Source: a bacterium (GTDB taxonomy: Bacteria > Zhuqueibacterota > Zhuqueibacteria > Residuimicrobiales > Oceaniaggregativiventaceae). From it: a DNA stretch of 64,000 nt. The position numbers and the translations under genes are program-made. This document shows, in pieces, positions 20,466 to 31,416 of this stretch (positions are counted from its first letter, which is position 1; each line of letters opens with the position of its first letter). The notes beneath the pieces are model-generated. The model saw only the letters and a program-made list of their open reading frames with translations. It did not search any database and was not told the origin of the DNA. The DNA is taken from assembly GCA_029565675.1 (NCBI GenBank), contig JAKQNP010000003.1:79197-143196 (forward strand), read 5' to 3'.

Positions 20466-21413
20466 TCAATGATTGGCCGAATTCACAGCTGTATATTTCT
20501 CGCCAGCCAATACTGCAATCGACAAACGATTCTGTGGCGGCGGCAGCGGACAGGTTGCATAGGGGGAAAAAGCGCACGGTGGATTGTAGGCTTTGTTGAA
20601 ATCGATAAGTGTCTGACCGTTGCTGTCGGGCCGGTCGACCAGCAGAAAACGGCCGCCGCCGTAGCTTTGTTCTCCGCTGGTGCGGTCGGCAAAAATGACG
20701 AACAGCTGTTCATCATCCGGTTCGGCAACTGTATCCAGGCGGAATTCTTGACGGTTTTTCTCGAAAACCAGGGCGCCTGGAGAGATTTCTTCACTCGTCG
20801 TGCCGACTACACTGGCAATGGCCAGAGTTTTCGGCGGTACGTAGGGTTCAAAACGGGCTTGCAAGCGCCAGGAAAGCTCGATTGGAAAATATTCGATCCC
20901 ACTGAATTCTCTTCGTCTGGCGCTTGCGCTGTCCCAAAGGCGAACGCCATAGCGATCATTTCTTTTGATGACGATCCAGCGCAATGTGCCGAGTTCCAGG
21001 GGCGTGGCGTCACCCGATGCATCAGAGGCCAATTCCAGGCTCGAGACGGGGCTGCCTCTGGAGATCACCTCTATTCCTTCAGCTGCAGTGAACCGCAAGC
21101 GATCGCCGCGCAGAGCGATAACACCGATATGCGCGGGCGAGTGTTCGGCAGGAAATTGCACATCATTGTTTTCTGCCCCACCCAGGCGGTTGTCGCCCTC
21201 ATGCAACCAGAAAAGCCCTGCAAGTGTCAGCCAGCTTTGATCGTCCGTCAGTCTCTCCACTCTCTGCCGGCGCCATGCATCGATTTCTGCAGCATGTTCA
21301 TGTTGCATCGCCTGATTTTTTTGACAGGCCACTTGAAAAATGATCACGCTCGACAAGGCACACAAGCCAATCCGTTTAATCACAACTCTAATTCGGGTTG
21401 GGCACATCAGCAT
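20466..21413 (-). CDS. DUF1684 family protein
   Basis: A C-terminal FNKAYNPPCAFSPYATCPLPPPQNRLSIAVLAGE, plus LRW...GVRLWD and IFAD.TSG..SYGGGRFL, as conserved in DUF1684. Possible lipoprotein N-terminus. Confidence 0.75.
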   Translation of the reverse strand: MLMCPTRIRVVIKRIGLCALSSVIIFQVACQKNQAMQHEHAAEIDAWRRQRVERLTDDQSWLTLAGLFWLHEGDNRLGGAENNDVQFPAEHSPAHIGVIALRGDRLRFTAAEGIEVISRGSPVSSLELASDASGDATPLELGTLRWIVIKRNDRYGVRLWDSASARRREFSGIEYFPIELSWRLQARFEPYVPPKTLAIASVVGTTSEEISPGALVFEKNRQEFRLDTVAEPDDEQLFVIFADRTSGEQSYGGGRFLLVDRPDSNGQTLIDFNKAYNPPCAFSPYATCPLPPPQNRLSIAVLAGEKYTAVNSANH

Positions 21414-21511
21414 TTTCCTTTTATTTTGTTGCAGCCGCCCGCAGCCTTATCAGTTGGAGAAGAGTCATCGACGATCTGGCGGAAAAAGCCAACTTTTCCA
21501 AGCACTCGAGC

Positions 21512-22099
21512 TCAGGGGGTCTGCTGAGCGAGTTGCTGTTTTTTGGCAAAAAGTCGTGTTTCATCGGGTAGGCGAATCTCGATCTGATCATCGCGAAACA
21601 AACCCGTATAGGTGCGCCGGGTACGGCTCAACTCGTATTCCGGGAAACTCTCCAGCCATACCGGCCAGCCAGCAGCGCGCGCTTGCGCAGCTGTGGTCAG
21701 GCGCAAATCGATTGGTTTGCTGAACAGAATCTCGCGGATCACGCGCAGAGAGAAGCGGATCTGGCCATCGCGGATCGCCAAACTGTCCATGCTGGCGACA
21801 AAAAATCCGGGAAAGTAACCCTCGCGAAAATCATCAAAATCGTCGCTGGTGCCGTAATAGCGTCCAGCCGTGCTGTCGGCGTAAAATTCAAGCACGATGA
21901 AATGATTTTCGCTTAGATCCTGCAAATCCCATTCATAGTCATATTCATAAATTCGAACACGATCCGGACGGGGCTTGTTTGTTTGCGCTGCGCTCGTCTC
22001 ATCCGAAACTGGAGATGGTGTCTGCTGCTGTTGCTGGCGGCAGGACAGCACAACAGACAAACTGACGATCAGAGCAGCCGCAATCGGCAAATACTTCAT
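21512..22099 (-). CDS. Hypothetical lipoprotein
   Basis: MKYLPIAAALIVSLSVVLSC lipobox after a GGGAGAGAGGGTG SD. No recognisable domain. Confidence 0.5.
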   Translation of the reverse strand: MKYLPIAAALIVSLSVVLSCRQQQQQTPSPVSDETSAAQTNKPRPDRVRIYEYDYEWDLQDLSENHFIVLEFYADSTAGRYYGTSDDFDDFREGYFPGFFVASMDSLAIRDGQIRFSLRVIREILFSKPIDLRLTTAAQARAAGWPVWLESFPEYELSRTRRTYTGLFRDDQIEIRLPDETRLFAKKQQLAQQTP

Positions 22100-22124
22100 C
22101 ACCCTCTCTCCCAAACGGTAAAGG

Positions 22125-22448
22125 TCAGACCATCGCTTTGCGAAGTTTTTTCTTTAATTTGCGAATTTCAAGCCTGACCGCAACGAGTTCCTGTTTGTTC
22201 TTTTCTTGCATGGCGTGATCGCGCTTTTTCTTCAATTCGCGAATCTCGCCTTTGATTTTGGTCTTGTCAAGACCAACGACGTGGTGATGAACATGCATGT
22301 CCAGCTTTAAGGCATCACAAATCGCCTTGAGCAGGTGCTCCTTGTTCAGCTGGGTATACCCTTGCACCGCCTCATCTTCGATTGTAGCCGCAATCTCGCG
22401 CAGCTCGGCGACATTCTTTTTCTTCAACTCTTCATAGGTATGCGACAT
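22125..22448 (-). CDS. Small basic protein with a Rho-N/SAP-like N-terminal helix-extended-helix and a His-rich motif (HVHHHVVGL)
   Basis: YEELKKKNVAELREIAATI resembles the Rho termination factor N-terminal domain. Lys/Arg-rich C-terminus. AGGAGG SD. Confidence 0.55.
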   Translation of the reverse strand: MSHTYEELKKKNVAELREIAATIEDEAVQGYTQLNKEHLLKAICDALKLDMHVHHHVVGLDKTKIKGEIRELKKKRDHAMQEKNKQELVAVRLEIRKLKKKLRKAMV

Positions 22449-22756
22449 GATGACAAGCCTCCTATGCTTTGCTGAAAATCAGCACGGTTCAGGTGTTCTG
22501 AATTTATGATTTAATCTATTGAACATCATCCATCTATTGTTCAAACATATTTCTATTTTTATAACTTATGCACAACATTGCCGCTGACTTGGCACTTTCA
22601 TTAAAGTGGAGAATTTGAAATTCCATTTTGCGCTAAACTTCATTTCCCGGTTGACTGCTAAGCGTGGTCCATTTTTTGCGATGGCTTTTAGACTATCTCA
22701 TTCCTGTCGTTATCAATTGACAGCGGCACCTTCTGGAGGCAACCAGGCCTATCCTG

Positions 22757-24304
22757 CTACTTTGTTTCCCCATGATTTCCCAGATCCGCCAATGCCCAAC
22801 GTGCTGCGAGGCTGATACGTGCGTCTCCTGAATTCATGGCACCACTCAATGCCTTTGCCGCCTGAGCTCCCCCAATCTGGCCAAGAGCTAATGCAGCTTC
22901 AAAACGAACGTCGGGGTGTTCGCCTTTATCATTCATCCTGGAAATCAAAACTCCAACCGCGTGATCGTCTCCATTCTTTCGCAATGCTTTTGCCGCCGCA
23001 CAGCGTATAATTGTGTTTTGGTTAATGTCGATAAAAATGGCGATTAAAGAGTCAACTGCTTGCCTACCAACAATATTGCCGAGATCTTCGACGACTGCTG
23101 CATCCATATCGAGGGATCCGAATGGCCCCTTTTTCAGCCTGTCAACCAAAGGTTCTACCGCCTGTTCGTCTCCAATTTTGCACAGAGCACAAGCGGCAGC
23201 CCAGTCCCGATCGCCAATATTTTCTTCGAGCGCTTCGATCAATGGACTAACCGCCCTTTTGTCGCCAATATCGCCCAAAGCTACAGCCGCAGCCTCCTGA
23301 ACATTGATATGACTATCTTTAAGCAGACCGATAAGATCTTCAACAGCCCGGTTTTCCTTCATTTTACCCAATGTATAAGCAGCCGACGTACGAACCGAGG
23401 AATCTTCATCCTCGAGCAAGGCGAGCAAGGGGTCAACGGCACGGGGATCTTTGATTTTGCCAAACGCAATTGCAGCATTGCGTCGCACAAGGCCGCCTCT
23501 GTCATCAAATGCCGTGATTAAAAACTCTATCGAGCGCGGATCGTTTGTTTTTGCCAGACCCACGACTGCATCCGCCCTGACCCTATCATTCCTATCCCTA
23601 AACGCTTGAACCAAAAGATCAAATACCCGCGGGTCTTTAATTTTTCCGATTCCTTCCACCGCCTCTGCGCGTACTTGATAGTCCCTGTCGTGCAGTGCGG
23701 GAATTAAAGCGTTCATAATCCTGCTTTCATCCACTTCCAGGCTCAAGAGCTGTACAAGATGGCGTGCTGCTGCCCTGCGGACGTGCTTGCTCTTGTCTTG
23801 CAATGCAACCACATTTTCTTCAAGATTCAGCCCCAAAGCGTACATTTTTGCGACTTCTTTATTCGTTGGTTCGTCCCGGTTCTTCATATAACCCGCAAAA
23901 ATAGCAGCAATGCTTCCCAAGAATAGGATTGCAACGATAGCAGCGGTAATGGTTTCCCATTTTTTCTTCGAAAGAGCACGTGATGGCTTGTCAACTATTT
24001 CAAAAGCACCATACCCCTCTACCATGGCTACTGTTTTGCCTTTGTGCGCGGCAAAACTCAATATGCCAGCGGCAACGGATTCATCAATGGCTGTTTTAAA
24101 ATGCGTCGCGCAAAAGTTGTCTTTTGACTTGATGGTGATGACCAATCCCAGCGAAGCGACGATCAAGAGATGAGGTGACGACACCTCGTTGAGAATTTCT
24201 TCGATCACGATTGCCGCGTGCTTGCCTTCAAGATCGATCTCGTTGATTGGGCCACTGTATTTGACAAGATTGTTTTCAATCTTGCTCAGCCCATAGTAAC
24301 TCAT
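22757..24304 (-). CDS. HEAT/PBS-lyase-type repeat protein with an N-terminal ~130-aa domain and one TM helix
   Basis: At least 10 repeats of the pattern D..VR..A..ALG.IGD.RAV.PL. TM helix ITAAIVAILFLGSIAAIFAGY. SD GGAGGGG. Confidence 0.8.
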   Translation of the reverse strand: MSYYGLSKIENNLVKYSGPINEIDLEGKHAAIVIEEILNEVSSPHLLIVASLGLVITIKSKDNFCATHFKTAIDESVAAGILSFAAHKGKTVAMVEGYGAFEIVDKPSRALSKKKWETITAAIVAILFLGSIAAIFAGYMKNRDEPTNKEVAKMYALGLNLEENVVALQDKSKHVRRAAARHLVQLLSLEVDESRIMNALIPALHDRDYQVRAEAVEGIGKIKDPRVFDLLVQAFRDRNDRVRADAVVGLAKTNDPRSIEFLITAFDDRGGLVRRNAAIAFGKIKDPRAVDPLLALLEDEDSSVRTSAAYTLGKMKENRAVEDLIGLLKDSHINVQEAAAVALGDIGDKRAVSPLIEALEENIGDRDWAAACALCKIGDEQAVEPLVDRLKKGPFGSLDMDAAVVEDLGNIVGRQAVDSLIAIFIDINQNTIIRCAAAKALRKNGDDHAVGVLISRMNDKGEHPDVRFEAALALGQIGGAQAAKALSGAMNSGDARISLAARWALADLGNHGETK

Positions 24305-24658
24305 TGTTGTTGTTCCCCTCCGTTGAAATTGTGCACAACGGATATTAAGATCATTCTATTTTTGAAGCTTCGTTCCAATTAAAGCCTTGAAGAAATATAA
24401 GGATTCTATCCAACTATTCAATGAGAAATTGCTTTTTTATCGATAAAATTTGCCAAATGACTGGAAGAAAAGCTACTGCATCGTTTTGCTAGGGAGACAA
24501 GTCGGAAAGGAAAAATATCGCGTTGACGAGGATAAAAAGATGGCGAAGTTTTTGCCCGATGAAACCCCTCCGGAGCCTTGTAGCGCTCCCGAGTGGGCAA
24601 AAAACCTCGCCATCCGAGGGTCAGGTGAAAGCACTGCAGCGAAAAAACGAAAAGTTCC

Positions 24659-26248
24659 TTATTTGATCAGCGTGACTCTTTGCATTTGGCGTTCAGTCGG
24701 CGTTTTCAGCTGCACCAGATAAACGCCGGTTGGCAATTCGGCACCGCGGTCATCGAGACCATTCCAATAGATGCGGTGCGAATCAGCGCTTTGCACTCCC
24801 TGAACCAACAGGCGAACCCGCGTACCGAGCAGTGAATAAACCGCCAATTCCACCTCGGATTCGGTCGGCAGATCATATGACAGCCAGGTCCCGGGATTGA
24901 ACGGATTGGGAAAATTCGGATGCATGGCAAACGATTCCGGAATCTGGGTGTTCGGCGTTGCCATTGGTGTCGCTTCAACGGGTCCATGCCAAACCGTTAA
25001 GCCGTTGTAATCCTGATCTTGCAGAAAATAGAAATAGGTCAAGCCGTTGGTCACCCGCCGATCGATAAAAGAGTAATCGCGAGGCTCGGTGGAGGTGCCG
25101 GCAGCTGGAATCAATTGTGAGTTCAGGCGTTGGCGATCACCGTCCTTGGCCGTGCCGCGGTAGATGTGGTATCCGGCACAATCGATTTCCGATTGGGTTC
25201 GCCAGGTCAACAATATTTTCCCATCCCCCGCCTGCGCGACAAAAGATTCGAGTTCAACCGGCAAGGAGTAATCGCCGCCGCCGAAAGTCCAGGTTTCCTG
25301 GTTGTAGTCGGTTGCGGTCATGCCGCCAAAGAGCACCAGATAGCGCGAACCGTCCAGGCTGGTTTCAGCCAATCCAAGTTCTTTCCTGGCCGCAGGCTTG
25401 ACCGCATTGGGATCTTGAACCCATAGATTGGCGCTGAGGTCGTAGACCCAGGTCTCATCATCCAGGGTTCCGTCATTGCCGCCGAACAACAAGACTTGAT
25501 CGTCGCCGATATAGGCCATCTTGTGACTGATTCGCGGGGTAGGATGACTTCCGAACGCTTTTTGGGTCCAGGTATTGGCACTGAGATCAAAAAGCCAGGT
25601 TTGATCGCTGTGTCCGGAGCTGGAGTTGCCGCCGAACAACAAAACCTGGTCGTCGCCGATATAAGCCAGATCATGCCAGATCAATGCTGGCGGTTTGGCG
25701 ATCGGATTGAGCTGCGTCCAACTGTTGGCGGCTGCATCATAGAGCCAGGTTTCATCGTTGCGGTTTGTGCCCACCAGTCCGCCGTACAGCAGAGCCTTTG
25801 AGCCGCCGATATAGGCCATGGCTGTCGCAGACCGCGCGCTCGGTTTGGTGGCGGCAGGAATTGCCGTCCAGGTGTTGCTGCCGTAATCGTATTCAAAAGT
25901 ATCGTCGAGGCCAACGCCGCCGGAATTCAGACCTCCGAAAAGAACCGCCTGATCCGAGCCCACATAGGCCAGTGCATGGGCGTTGCGGGCGCCGGGTTTG
26001 GGATCGGGATTGCGGTTGGACCAACTGTTGGCGCTGAGGTCATAAACCCAGGTTGCATCAATCACTCCCGCGCTCGTGCTGCCGCCAAAGAACAGCACAC
26101 AGTCGCCTCCGATATAGCAAAGACCATGTAAACTCGTTGCTCCGGGATTCGACGCCGGACTTTTAAGCGTCCAGTCATCCGCGGGCTGAGCGATTCCGGC
26201 GCCAAATACCAGCAACAGGCCAAGAAAAGTGTAACCAATTTGCCGCAT
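24659..26248 (-). CDS. Kelch/galactose-oxidase-type beta-propeller protein with a T9SS C-terminal sorting domain
   Basis: Repeated W..S..W...P.P..R..H..AYIGDD.VLLFGG units. The C-terminus has NFPNPFNPGTWLSYDL ... GVYLVQLKT ... RVTLIK (Por_Secre_tail). Start moved to the ATG at 26248 with a GAGGGAGGG SD. Confidence 0.85.
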   Translation of the reverse strand: MRQIGYTFLGLLLVFGAGIAQPADDWTLKSPASNPGATSLHGLCYIGGDCVLFFGGSTSAGVIDATWVYDLSANSWSNRNPDPKPGARNAHALAYVGSDQAVLFGGLNSGGVGLDDTFEYDYGSNTWTAIPAATKPSARSATAMAYIGGSKALLYGGLVGTNRNDETWLYDAAANSWTQLNPIAKPPALIWHDLAYIGDDQVLLFGGNSSSGHSDQTWLFDLSANTWTQKAFGSHPTPRISHKMAYIGDDQVLLFGGNDGTLDDETWVYDLSANLWVQDPNAVKPAARKELGLAETSLDGSRYLVLFGGMTATDYNQETWTFGGGDYSLPVELESFVAQAGDGKILLTWRTQSEIDCAGYHIYRGTAKDGDRQRLNSQLIPAAGTSTEPRDYSFIDRRVTNGLTYFYFLQDQDYNGLTVWHGPVEATPMATPNTQIPESFAMHPNFPNPFNPGTWLSYDLPTESEVELAVYSLLGTRVRLLVQGVQSADSHRIYWNGLDDRGAELPTGVYLVQLKTPTERQMQRVTLIK

Positions 26249-26531
26249 GAGCGACCCTCCCTCTAAACACACACGACGCCTGCGTATCTGTGGAAAATAC
26301 ACGCACAACGTGCCCATGATTTTTGCAGCAATGACGATGCGATCAGGAGCCTAAAAAGGCAAGGGAGAGGAACAGGGGGAAATGACCCATGCGCTTTTAT
26401 CTAAATGGATGCAATGCATTTGATCTGCGAATCGCATGCCAGCGATAAAGCAAGTCATTTAAAGATACAAAAAACTTGTGCAAAGCACAACATTATTATC
26501 AAAATTCTACCCGAAAACGAAACGGCACCTT

Positions 26532-28109
26532 TTACCTGACCAGGGTCACTTTGCGCGTTTGCGAAAAGGCCGGCGTTTTCAGCTGCACCAAATAGATGCC
26601 TGACGGCAAATTGGCACCGCGGTCATCCATGCCGTTCCAATAGAGCAGATGCGAATCGCCCTTTTGCACCTCTTGCACCAATGTGCGGACCCGGGCACCG
26701 AGGAGGGTAAAAACAGCCAACTCGACCTCGCACTCGCTCGGCAGATCATAGGCCAACCAGGTGCCGGGATTGAACGGATTGGGGAAATTCGCCTGCAGCG
26801 CAAAGGCGGTGGGAATTCCGCCGCTCGGCGCCGCCATCGGTGTGGCTTCGATCGGACCATACAGAGCCGTCAAACCGCTGTAATCCTGGTTTTCCAAATA
26901 ATAAAAATAGGTTTGGCCGTTGTTCGCCTGGTAATCGGTATAGTCGTAGTCGTGCGGTTGGGTCGAGGTGCCGGCACCCGGGATCAAGCGGGGATTCAGG
27001 CGCTGCCGTTCGCCGTCAGGTTCGGCGGCGCGATAGATATTGAATCCCGCACAATCGATTTCACTCTGGGTAGTCCAAATCAGTTTCACCTGGCTATCGC
27101 CCGCCTCAGCGGCAAAGGAAGCCAGTTCAACAGGCAAGGAAAAATCGCCGCCGCCAAAAGTCCAGGTATCGCCATTCCAGGAGAGAGAAACCAAACCGCC
27201 AAACAGCACCAGATAGCTGGAACCGTTCATGCTCGTCTCGGCCAATCCATGGTCACATCTCGCCGCAGGAGCCGTTGTATTGGCATCCTGAGACCATGAA
27301 TCGCTGCTGAGGTCATATACCCAGGATATATCGCTGCCGGAAAGGCTGCCGAACAGCAGGACTCGATCACCGCCCAGATAGGCCATTTTGTGCCCCACAG
27401 CTGCATCAGGTTTGGTGATCGGCGATTTTTGCGTCCAATTGTTGCCGCTCAGATCGAAAATCCAGGTATCGTCATACGCTCCGGCAACGTCGCCGCCGAA
27501 CAGCAAAACGCGGTCGTCGCCGATGTAAGCCAAATCGTGTGCCCAGCGGCTGGGAGGGCTGACAGATGGAGAGAGCTGCGTCCAGCTGTTCGATCCCGCA
27601 TCGTAGAGCCAGGTTTCGTCGTTGCGGTTTCCCAAAACGCTGCCGCCGAACAGCAACGCCTTTTGGCCGCCGATAAAGGCCATCGCGGTGTTATAGCGCG
27701 CCGAGGGAGCCGGCGCGGCAGCGATCGCCGTCCAGGTATTGCTGCTGTAATCGTATTCATAGGTAACGCCAAAATCCGTCCCATTGGACTTGCCGCCGAA
27801 CAGCACCGCCTGATCCGGGCCGACATATGCCATAGCGGCTAGTTGGCGGGGCACCGGACTGGTAGCGGGTTCACGGTCAGTCCAGGTGTTGTTGCTTAGG
27901 TCATAGATCCAGGTTTTCCCATTGAGGTCACCACCCGCCGTTTTTCTACCGAAGAGCAGAACGCGATCGGCCCCGACATAGCAGAGGCTGTGCAGGGACA
28001 ATTGTCCGGGATTCGGAACAGGAAATTTTTGCGTCCAATCATCCATAGACCATGCACTGCCGCCCAGAATCAGCATTGCACTTAAAAATATGTCGATCAT
28101 GCGCCTCAT
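26532..28109 (-). CDS. Kelch-type beta-propeller T9SS cargo protein, tandem paralog of 24659-26248
   Basis: Same architecture. The C-terminal ~200 aa are ~70% identical to the neighbour (PVELASFAAEAGD ... NFPNPFNPGTWLAYDL ... KVTLVR). Confidence 0.85.
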   Translation of the reverse strand: MRRMIDIFLSAMLILGGSAWSMDDWTQKFPVPNPGQLSLHSLCYVGADRVLLFGRKTAGGDLNGKTWIYDLSNNTWTDREPATSPVPRQLAAMAYVGPDQAVLFGGKSNGTDFGVTYEYDYSSNTWTAIAAAPAPSARYNTAMAFIGGQKALLFGGSVLGNRNDETWLYDAGSNSWTQLSPSVSPPSRWAHDLAYIGDDRVLLFGGDVAGAYDDTWIFDLSGNNWTQKSPITKPDAAVGHKMAYLGGDRVLLFGSLSGSDISWVYDLSSDSWSQDANTTAPAARCDHGLAETSMNGSSYLVLFGGLVSLSWNGDTWTFGGGDFSLPVELASFAAEAGDSQVKLIWTTQSEIDCAGFNIYRAAEPDGERQRLNPRLIPGAGTSTQPHDYDYTDYQANNGQTYFYYLENQDYSGLTALYGPIEATPMAAPSGGIPTAFALQANFPNPFNPGTWLAYDLPSECEVELAVFTLLGARVRTLVQEVQKGDSHLLYWNGMDDRGANLPSGIYLVQLKTPAFSQTRKVTLVR

Positions 28110-28588
28110 GAGTTATTCTCCATTTTAACCAATCCAGCTCGTGCGCCTCAATTTTGTCATTTGACCAAAGCAACAAAAAAAACGGCTGCCGCTCTGCACC
28201 CGGCAATTGTGCCAAACAGGTGCCGGAGATGCGCTGTTGTCAGAAATCATAAGAGATTCTGTCGCCCTGCCTATGATCTTTGCATCTCACTCGGGCTGGT
28301 GTCAGGCCGTCGAGATTGCTCCACGACAGCAATAGTCGACCCGCTTTTCCCGAAGTTGTGCAGGACAAATCCTTTCCGTTTCACAAGATTTGTTTATGCA
28401 AAATAAGGATACGATAATCTATACGTTCATTGTGCGGTTTTGCGGACTGCTGAATTTTGGGCAGGGCTAATACAGAGGATGTCAACAGGTTATAAATGCA
28501 GCGGCAGAGGGCGCGATTCTGCGGCGGTCACGCCTTTATCCGCGATTTCTGCTATCAATGGCTAGAAGCGCTGTAAAGGGATTTTTGC

Positions 28589-31198
28589 TCAATGCTTTTT
28601 GGTCCGTTTCCACTCCCATTTGCCGTCGCGAAACTCGGCTTCCCATTTGTTGGGTTTGCCGTCGACCAATCCGTTCAAGACATGGCATTTTTCTTTGCGT
28701 TTAAAGCGCACCGCTGCTTCGTTGCCATCCGGATCGACGGTCGGTGCATCGACAATGAAATGGTACTTGGCGTCGATCTCGTCGCGATGCGGCAACAGCT
28801 CCTTTACCAGCACGCTGCGCGTCTCGCGCGATTTCGGAAAGGTGTTTGCCGCCAGAAAAAGCCCGGCGGCGCCGTCGCGCAAAACAAAATGCGCAGCTGA
28901 TTTTTGGCATGCAAGCTCCGGCATGGGCACGGCAGTCATCCTGGGCGGCGCCGCCTGACCGTTGCGCAGCAATTTGCGCGTGTTCTTGCACTCCGGATAG
29001 CGGCTGCAGGCAAAATATTTGCCGAAACGGCCGCTTTTGAGCTGCATCTCGGCACCGCATTTGTCGCAAGTCAGGGCCGGGCCGTCATAGCCTTTCAACT
29101 TAAAGTGCCCGGTTTCGATTTCACTGCCGGGGCAATCCGGACTCTTGCCGCAGATGTGCAGCTTTTTATCCTGGTCGATCAGGTAGCTGTCCATTGCCGT
29201 TCCGCAGAGCGGGCAGCGCCGGCGCGCCAGCAGGGCTTGAACTTCCGCCTCTTCATCATCGCCGACCGCCGCGCTCTCTTCTGCCGGCACGAGATTGATC
29301 GTCTGCGCACAGCGATCGGTTTTGGGCAAGTCGTAACCGCTGCAGCTGAGAAAAACTCCGGTTCTGGCGGTGCGCACTTTCATCGGTCGGCTGCAAGCAG
29401 GGCATGCCAAATCGACCGAAACCGGCTCGTTGCGTTTCATTTCAGTGTCGGCGCGTTCGAGTTGGCGGCGAAAACCGCGGTAAAAGTCGTCCAGAACGCC
29501 GCGCCACTCGCAATCGCCAACCGCAATCTTGTCCAGATTCTGTTCCATGCCTGCCGTGAAACCGTAATCCATCAGATCATCAAAGTGGCTCAGCAAGCGA
29601 TCGGTGACGATATCACCTATTTTCTGCGCATGAAACCGCCTCTTGATCAGCTGCACATAGCCGCGATCCTGGATGGTCGAAATGATCGGCGCATAGGTCG
29701 AGGGTCGACCGATGCCCAAGCGCTCGAGCTCCTTGACCAGACTGGCTTCGGTGTAGCGCGCCGGCGGTTTGGTAAAATGTTGGCTTGGCTGCAATTCTAG
29801 CAACTGGAGGACCTCGTCGATGCGCACTTCCGGCAAGGGGCTCTCATCGTCGCTCTTTTGTTGCATCGGCATGACGCGGGTCCAGCCGTCGAATCGCATC
29901 ACTCTGCCGGTGGCGCGCAATTCATAATCGCCTGCGGCGATCCGTATCGAGGTGCTGTCGAATTCCGCGGCGCTCATCTGCGAAGCGACAAACCGGCGCC
30001 AGATCAGATCGTACAGCCTGGCCTCATCTTTCTCCAGAGCCGCCATCGCATCGGGGGTTTTTCGCACCTCTGTCGGCCGGATCGCCTCATGCGCTTCCTG
30101 AGCGCCTTTTCGGCTGGCATAAAAAGGCGGTTTAGTCGGCCGATACCGCTCGCCATACTCCTTTTCTATATAGCGTCGGCAGGCCTCGACCGCCACCGGA
30201 CTCAATTGGGTCGAATCGGTCCGCATATAGGTGATGTGTCCGGCTTCATAGAGCCTCTGGGCGAGCAGCATGGTTTTTTTTACGCTGAAACCGAGCCGGA
30301 CGCTGGCGGCTTGTTGCAGCGTGGTGGTGATGAAAGGCGGAAAAGGCCGCTGCACCGCTGGATGTTGATCGCATTCAGCAACGCGATAGACCGCTCCGCG
30401 CAGCGCGGCCAGCGCGATCTCGGTCTCGCGCTGGTCAACCGGTCGAAAGGTCTTGCCGCGCAATTTGCTGACCTGGGCCGTGAAATCGCCGTTTTGGGAG
30501 CGAAGATTTGCGGCGATTTGCCAGTATTCCTGCGGCACAAAGGCATCGATTTCCCGTTCGCGCTCGACAACCAAACGCACCGCCACCGATTGCACGCGAC
30601 CGGCCGACAGGCCGCGGGCGACTTTTTTCCACAGCAATGGACTGAGCATGTAGCCGACCACCCGGTCGAGAAAGCGCCGGGTTTGTTGGGCATGCACCCG
30701 ATCCATGTCGAGCTGACCGGGTTTGCCAAAAGCTTGCAGAATGGCGGATTGGGTGATTTCATTAAAAGTGACGCGCAGATATCGGTTGGCATCCCCGCCG
30801 ATCGCCTCGCGCAAATGCCAGGCGATCGCTTCTCCCTCGCGATCGAGATCGGTGGCCAGATAGATCGTCTCTGCTTCCTGCGCCAACTTTTTCAACTCAT
30901 GCAAAACCCTGGTTTTCCCCGGCAAAATCGCATAAACGGCTTTCCAGCCGTTCTCAGGATCGACCGCCATGGCGCGGATCAGACGCCGGTATTCGTCCTT
31001 TTTGCGCGATGCTGCGGCCTGCGCGACGGCGCTTTTTTTTGCTGTGCGGTCGACGGTGGTCCGCTCCATCGCCCGCGCGGATGTCGGCAGATCGCGGATA
31101 TGCCCCATGCTGGATCTGACAATATAGTTGCCGCCGAGATATTTGCCGATCGTCTTGGCCTTGGCCGGAGATTCGACGATCACCAGAGATTTTGCCAT
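28589..31198 (-). CDS. topA: DNA topoisomerase I with C-terminal zinc ribbons and an extra C-terminal domain
   Basis: N-terminal Toprim [19 protein letters not shown]...SMGHIRDLP. Active-site region YITYMRTDS. At least 3 C4 zinc ribbons (CPACS, CPLCG, CDKCG...CSRYPEC). Confidence 0.95.
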   Translation of the reverse strand: MAKSLVIVESPAKAKTIGKYLGGNYIVRSSMGHIRDLPTSARAMERTTVDRTAKKSAVAQAAASRKKDEYRRLIRAMAVDPENGWKAVYAILPGKTRVLHELKKLAQEAETIYLATDLDREGEAIAWHLREAIGGDANRYLRVTFNEITQSAILQAFGKPGQLDMDRVHAQQTRRFLDRVVGYMLSPLLWKKVARGLSAGRVQSVAVRLVVEREREIDAFVPQEYWQIAANLRSQNGDFTAQVSKLRGKTFRPVDQRETEIALAALRGAVYRVAECDQHPAVQRPFPPFITTTLQQAASVRLGFSVKKTMLLAQRLYEAGHITYMRTDSTQLSPVAVEACRRYIEKEYGERYRPTKPPFYASRKGAQEAHEAIRPTEVRKTPDAMAALEKDEARLYDLIWRRFVASQMSAAEFDSTSIRIAAGDYELRATGRVMRFDGWTRVMPMQQKSDDESPLPEVRIDEVLQLLELQPSQHFTKPPARYTEASLVKELERLGIGRPSTYAPIISTIQDRGYVQLIKRRFHAQKIGDIVTDRLLSHFDDLMDYGFTAGMEQNLDKIAVGDCEWRGVLDDFYRGFRRQLERADTEMKRNEPVSVDLACPACSRPMKVRTARTGVFLSCSGYDLPKTDRCAQTINLVPAEESAAVGDDEEAEVQALLARRRCPLCGTAMDSYLIDQDKKLHICGKSPDCPGSEIETGHFKLKGYDGPALTCDKCGAEMQLKSGRFGKYFACSRYPECKNTRKLLRNGQAAPPRMTAVPMPELACQKSAAHFVLRDGAAGLFLAANTFPKSRETRSVLVKELLPHRDEIDAKYHFIVDAPTVDPDGNEAAVRFKRKEKCHVLNGLVDGKPNKWEAEFRDGKWEWKRTKKH

Positions 31199-31416
31199 CG
31201 ATTTTTTCCTTGTTGCACTACCCTGTATCTTTTCTGCAATTTACAAATTCACGCCAATGAATGCAAGGCTTTCACCACCCACTGCCAGGCAGGCCTGAAG
31301 TGCTTTGGGTGGATACATCCATTCGGAAGCAAACGATTCGTGGTTTAGCTTGTATGCAGCGTCAGACGGTCTGAACGACTGCATGAAAAGAGCAGCAAAA
31401 TCGGCTCCCGGCAGGA

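Noticed and set aside
20469-21527. 352-aa ORF on + strand
   Set aside because: Entirely antisense to the DUF1684 gene. No SD, no domain signature, and Arg/Gly-rich low-complexity composition typical of antisense frames in GC-rich genes.
28161-28406. 81-aa ORF in the 480-bp gap between Kelch paralog 2 and topA
   Set aside because: No SD, Arg/Cys-rich. The gap more likely holds the topA terminator and Kelch promoter. A possible sRNA was not supportable by eye.
28904-31348. 298-aa and 496-aa + strand ORFs
   Set aside because: Both antisense to topA and Arg/Ala-rich. Shadow ORFs.
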